NCBI GenBank assembly: GCA_025463215.1
Contig: JAOBWF010000296.1
Span: forward strand, 14,098 to 78,097
Origin: Acidobacteriota bacterium
Lineage (GTDB): Bacteria; Acidobacteriota; Vicinamibacteria; Vicinamibacterales; CAVVIG01
Direction: 5' to 3'
Length of the DNA: 64,000 nt
Shown: piece after piece, positions 62,325 to 64,000 of the stretch
Layout: the number at the start of each line of letters is the position of its first letter
Position numbering within the stretch: the stretch's first letter is position 1
Position numbers and translations under genes: made by a program
Notes under the pieces: generated by a model
The model's input: only the letters and a program-made list of their open reading frames with translations
Database searches by the model: none
Told to the model about the DNA's origin: nothing

Positions 62325-62873
62325 TCACGCGCCGTTGTTCGACCCGGCAGGAGGCGTCCTGCCGGCCGATCGTCGGCGGCCGGATCGCCGCGTCGCCATT
62401 GGAGAGCCGTACCCGGACGAGGGCTCGAGGCGGGTGGCGTCCGGCGTGAGCTTGCTCAGGATGTCGTCGAGGGCGCGGAGATCTCGCGATTCGAGCGCCA
62501 GCATCCCGGCCGGCGGCTCGCGGAACGCGCTCATGATCTCGTCCCTCGCCGCCAGGCCGCGCGAGGTGAGCACGACCAGCTTCACCCGCCGGTCGGTCGC
62601 GATCGTCCGGCGCTGAGCCAGACCGAGCCGCTCCAGTCGATCGACCACCCACGTCGCATTCGAGGCATCGGTACCCCAGGCCGCCGCCAGCGCGCTCATC
62701 GGCTTGCCCTCGGTGGGGTCGAGCGTGCTGAGCGCCTTGGAGTCGTTCGGGGTCAGCCGGAAGCGCTCCAGCGTGGCGTCCCGCTCGTGCCTGGTGCTGA
62801 TGAAGAAATCGAACAGCCTCCGCCAGGCGCGTGCGGCCAGGGTCCTCTTCGCCGACGGGCGACGCACGGCCAT
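62325..62873 (-). CDS. MarR family transcriptional regulator
   Basis: MSALAAAWGTDASNATWVVDRLERLGL..DRRVKLVVLT. Confidence 0.9.
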   Translation of the reverse strand: MAVRRPSAKRTLAARAWRRLFDFFISTRHERDATLERFRLTPNDSKALSTLDPTEGKPMSALAAAWGTDASNATWVVDRLERLGLAQRRTIATDRRVKLVVLTSRGLAARDEIMSAFREPPAGMLALESRDLRALDDILSKLTPDATRLEPSSGYGSPMATRRSGRRRSAGRTPPAGSNNGA

Positions 62874-62916
62874 CCGCGGACGATACACGGCCGCGCGGGA
62901 CGGTTCAAGGAAATGA

Positions 62917-62956
62917 ATAGTTTACGTGATTATATAGTTGAACTAATTAAACTAAA
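62917..62956. promoter_or_regulatory. AT-rich MarR-type operator in a divergent promoter
   Basis: TAGTT at 62918 and 62935, AACTA at 62941 and 62950 (TAGTT-G-AACTA and TAGTT-N10-AACTA palindromes). Confidence 0.65.
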
Positions 62957-62984
62957 TTCCCGTATCATCTTCCGGAGATGAAAC

Positions 62985-63800
62985 ATGGCTGATACACCGG
63001 TGGAGACCATCGCGTTCGCTGGCAAGGTGGCCCTGATTGCCGGGGCGAGCCGCGGCATTGGCGCGGCAACCGCCCGCGCGTTCGCGCGAGCCGGCGCCTC
63101 GGTCGTGCTGGCGGCACGTGACGAGCGGGCGCTCCACTCGGTCGTCGAGAGCATCCGCGCGGCAGGAGGCCAGGCGCTCGGCATCCCTGCCGACGTCGGC
63201 GACGCCGCGTCGGTCGAGCAACTGGTGCGCCAGACGCTGAGCACGTTCGGCCGTCTCGACGCCGCCTTCAACAACGCGACGGACGGCCCGCTGCCGGCGC
63301 CGCTTGCGGACATCGATCCGGCCGACTTCGATCGCGGCATCCGCACCAACGTCCGCGGGACCTTCCTCGGGATGAAGTACCAGATCCCGGCGATGCTCCG
63401 CTCCGGCGGCGGCGCGATCGTGAACATGGCGTCGCTCGCGGGGCTGAACGGCGTGGCCAATCTGGCCGCGTACGTCGCCGCCAAGGCCGGGATCATCGGG
63501 TTGACCAAAGTGGCGGCGCTCGATTACGCCGACCAGGGGATTCGCGTGAACGTCGTCGCTCCCGGACCGATCCTCACGCACCATCTGGAGCAGGCGGGCG
63601 AGGAGGCGCGGCGCGGCGCCGCACGTTCCACGCCCATGGGGCGGGTCGGCCGCGCGGAAGAAGTCGCCGCCGCGGTCCTCTGGCTCTGCTCGGACCAGCC
63701 GTCATTCATCACCGGTGTCACGCTGCCGATCGACGGTGGCCAGTACGCCGGGCTCAAGCCACCGCATATGTATCGCCAGGGCCAGCCGATGAACACCTAG
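62985..63800 (+). CDS. SDR family oxidoreductase
   Basis: AGASRGIG, AFNNA, YVAAK, IRVNVVAPG, IDGG. Confidence 0.93.
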   Translation: MADTPVETIAFAGKVALIAGASRGIGAATARAFARAGASVVLAARDERALHSVVESIRAAGGQALGIPADVGDAASVEQLVRQTLSTFGRLDAAFNNATDGPLPAPLADIDPADFDRGIRTNVRGTFLGMKYQIPAMLRSGGGAIVNMASLAGLNGVANLAAYVAAKAGIIGLTKVAALDYADQGIRVNVVAPGPILTHHLEQAGEEARRGAARSTPMGRVGRAEEVAAAVLWLCSDQPSFITGVTLPIDGGQYAGLKPPHMYRQGQPMNT

Positions 63801-63842
63801 GGCGGTCCGGCGGGTGGTGCGAATCGAAGGTGGCTCGTTGGG

Positions 63843-64000
63843 TTACGGTGCCATCACGTAGCCTGCCGCCGTCCACGCCTCGACGCCGCCCTTCAACGCC
63901 TTGACGTTGGTGAAACCCTCGCCGCGGTACTTCGCTGCCTGACCGGCAGCGCTGCCTTCGTTCGGTCAGGCACAGTAGAAGATGACCTCCTGCGTCTTCG
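63843..64000 (-). CDS. rhodanese-domain protein, probable selenoprotein (partial, 5' end outside the window)
   Basis: KTQEVIFYCA-[TGA 63968-63966]-PNEGSAAGQAAKYRGEGFTNVKALKGGVEAWTAAGYVMAP*; rhodanese signature continues past the TGA. Confidence 0.8.
63933..63951 (-). promoter_or_regulatory. candidate bacterial SECIS hairpin
   Basis: mRNA CGCUGCC-GGUCA-GGCAGCG, 7-bp stem; G-initiated loop begins 21 nt after the UGA. Confidence 0.7.

Overview
GC-rich bacterial DNA, probably Acidobacteriota (Vicinamibacteria-like). This is inferred from the Oar-type carboxypeptidase-regulatory-domain outer-membrane receptors, multiple PQQ-type beta-propellers and Tat-signal aldo-keto reductases. No rRNA, tRNA, CRISPR array or transposase was seen. 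Main blocks: (1) a TonB-dependent receptor with a candidate leader ORF; (2) two paralogous Oar-receptor/PQQ-dehydrogenase operons flanking a LytS/LytTR two-component pair, with a shared 20-bp-period promoter motif, plus a divergent MBL-fold protein and a Tat- and CxxCH-bearing FMN alpha-hydroxy-acid dehydrogenase; (3) a co-oriented cluster of two octaheme cytochromes c, a DUF5916 beta-barrel, a CusRS-like pair, a secreted ArsC/LMW-PTP-like protein, DUF1259 and YncE, with CTGAC-N6-GTCAG boxes; (4) a patch of deletion-derived gene fragments and assorted oxidoreductases; (5) RsbQ/PAS-kinase and HTH/DUF899/DUF2182 modules; (6) pntAB and fdhA, divergent from tandem Tat AKRs and a PaoABC-like molybdoenzyme with a cytochrome b anchor; (7) MarR/SDR and, at the right edge, a rhodanese gene with an in-frame UGA followed by a SECIS-like hairpin (probable selenoprotein, absent from the ORF track). 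All family assignments come from motif recognition, not database searches.
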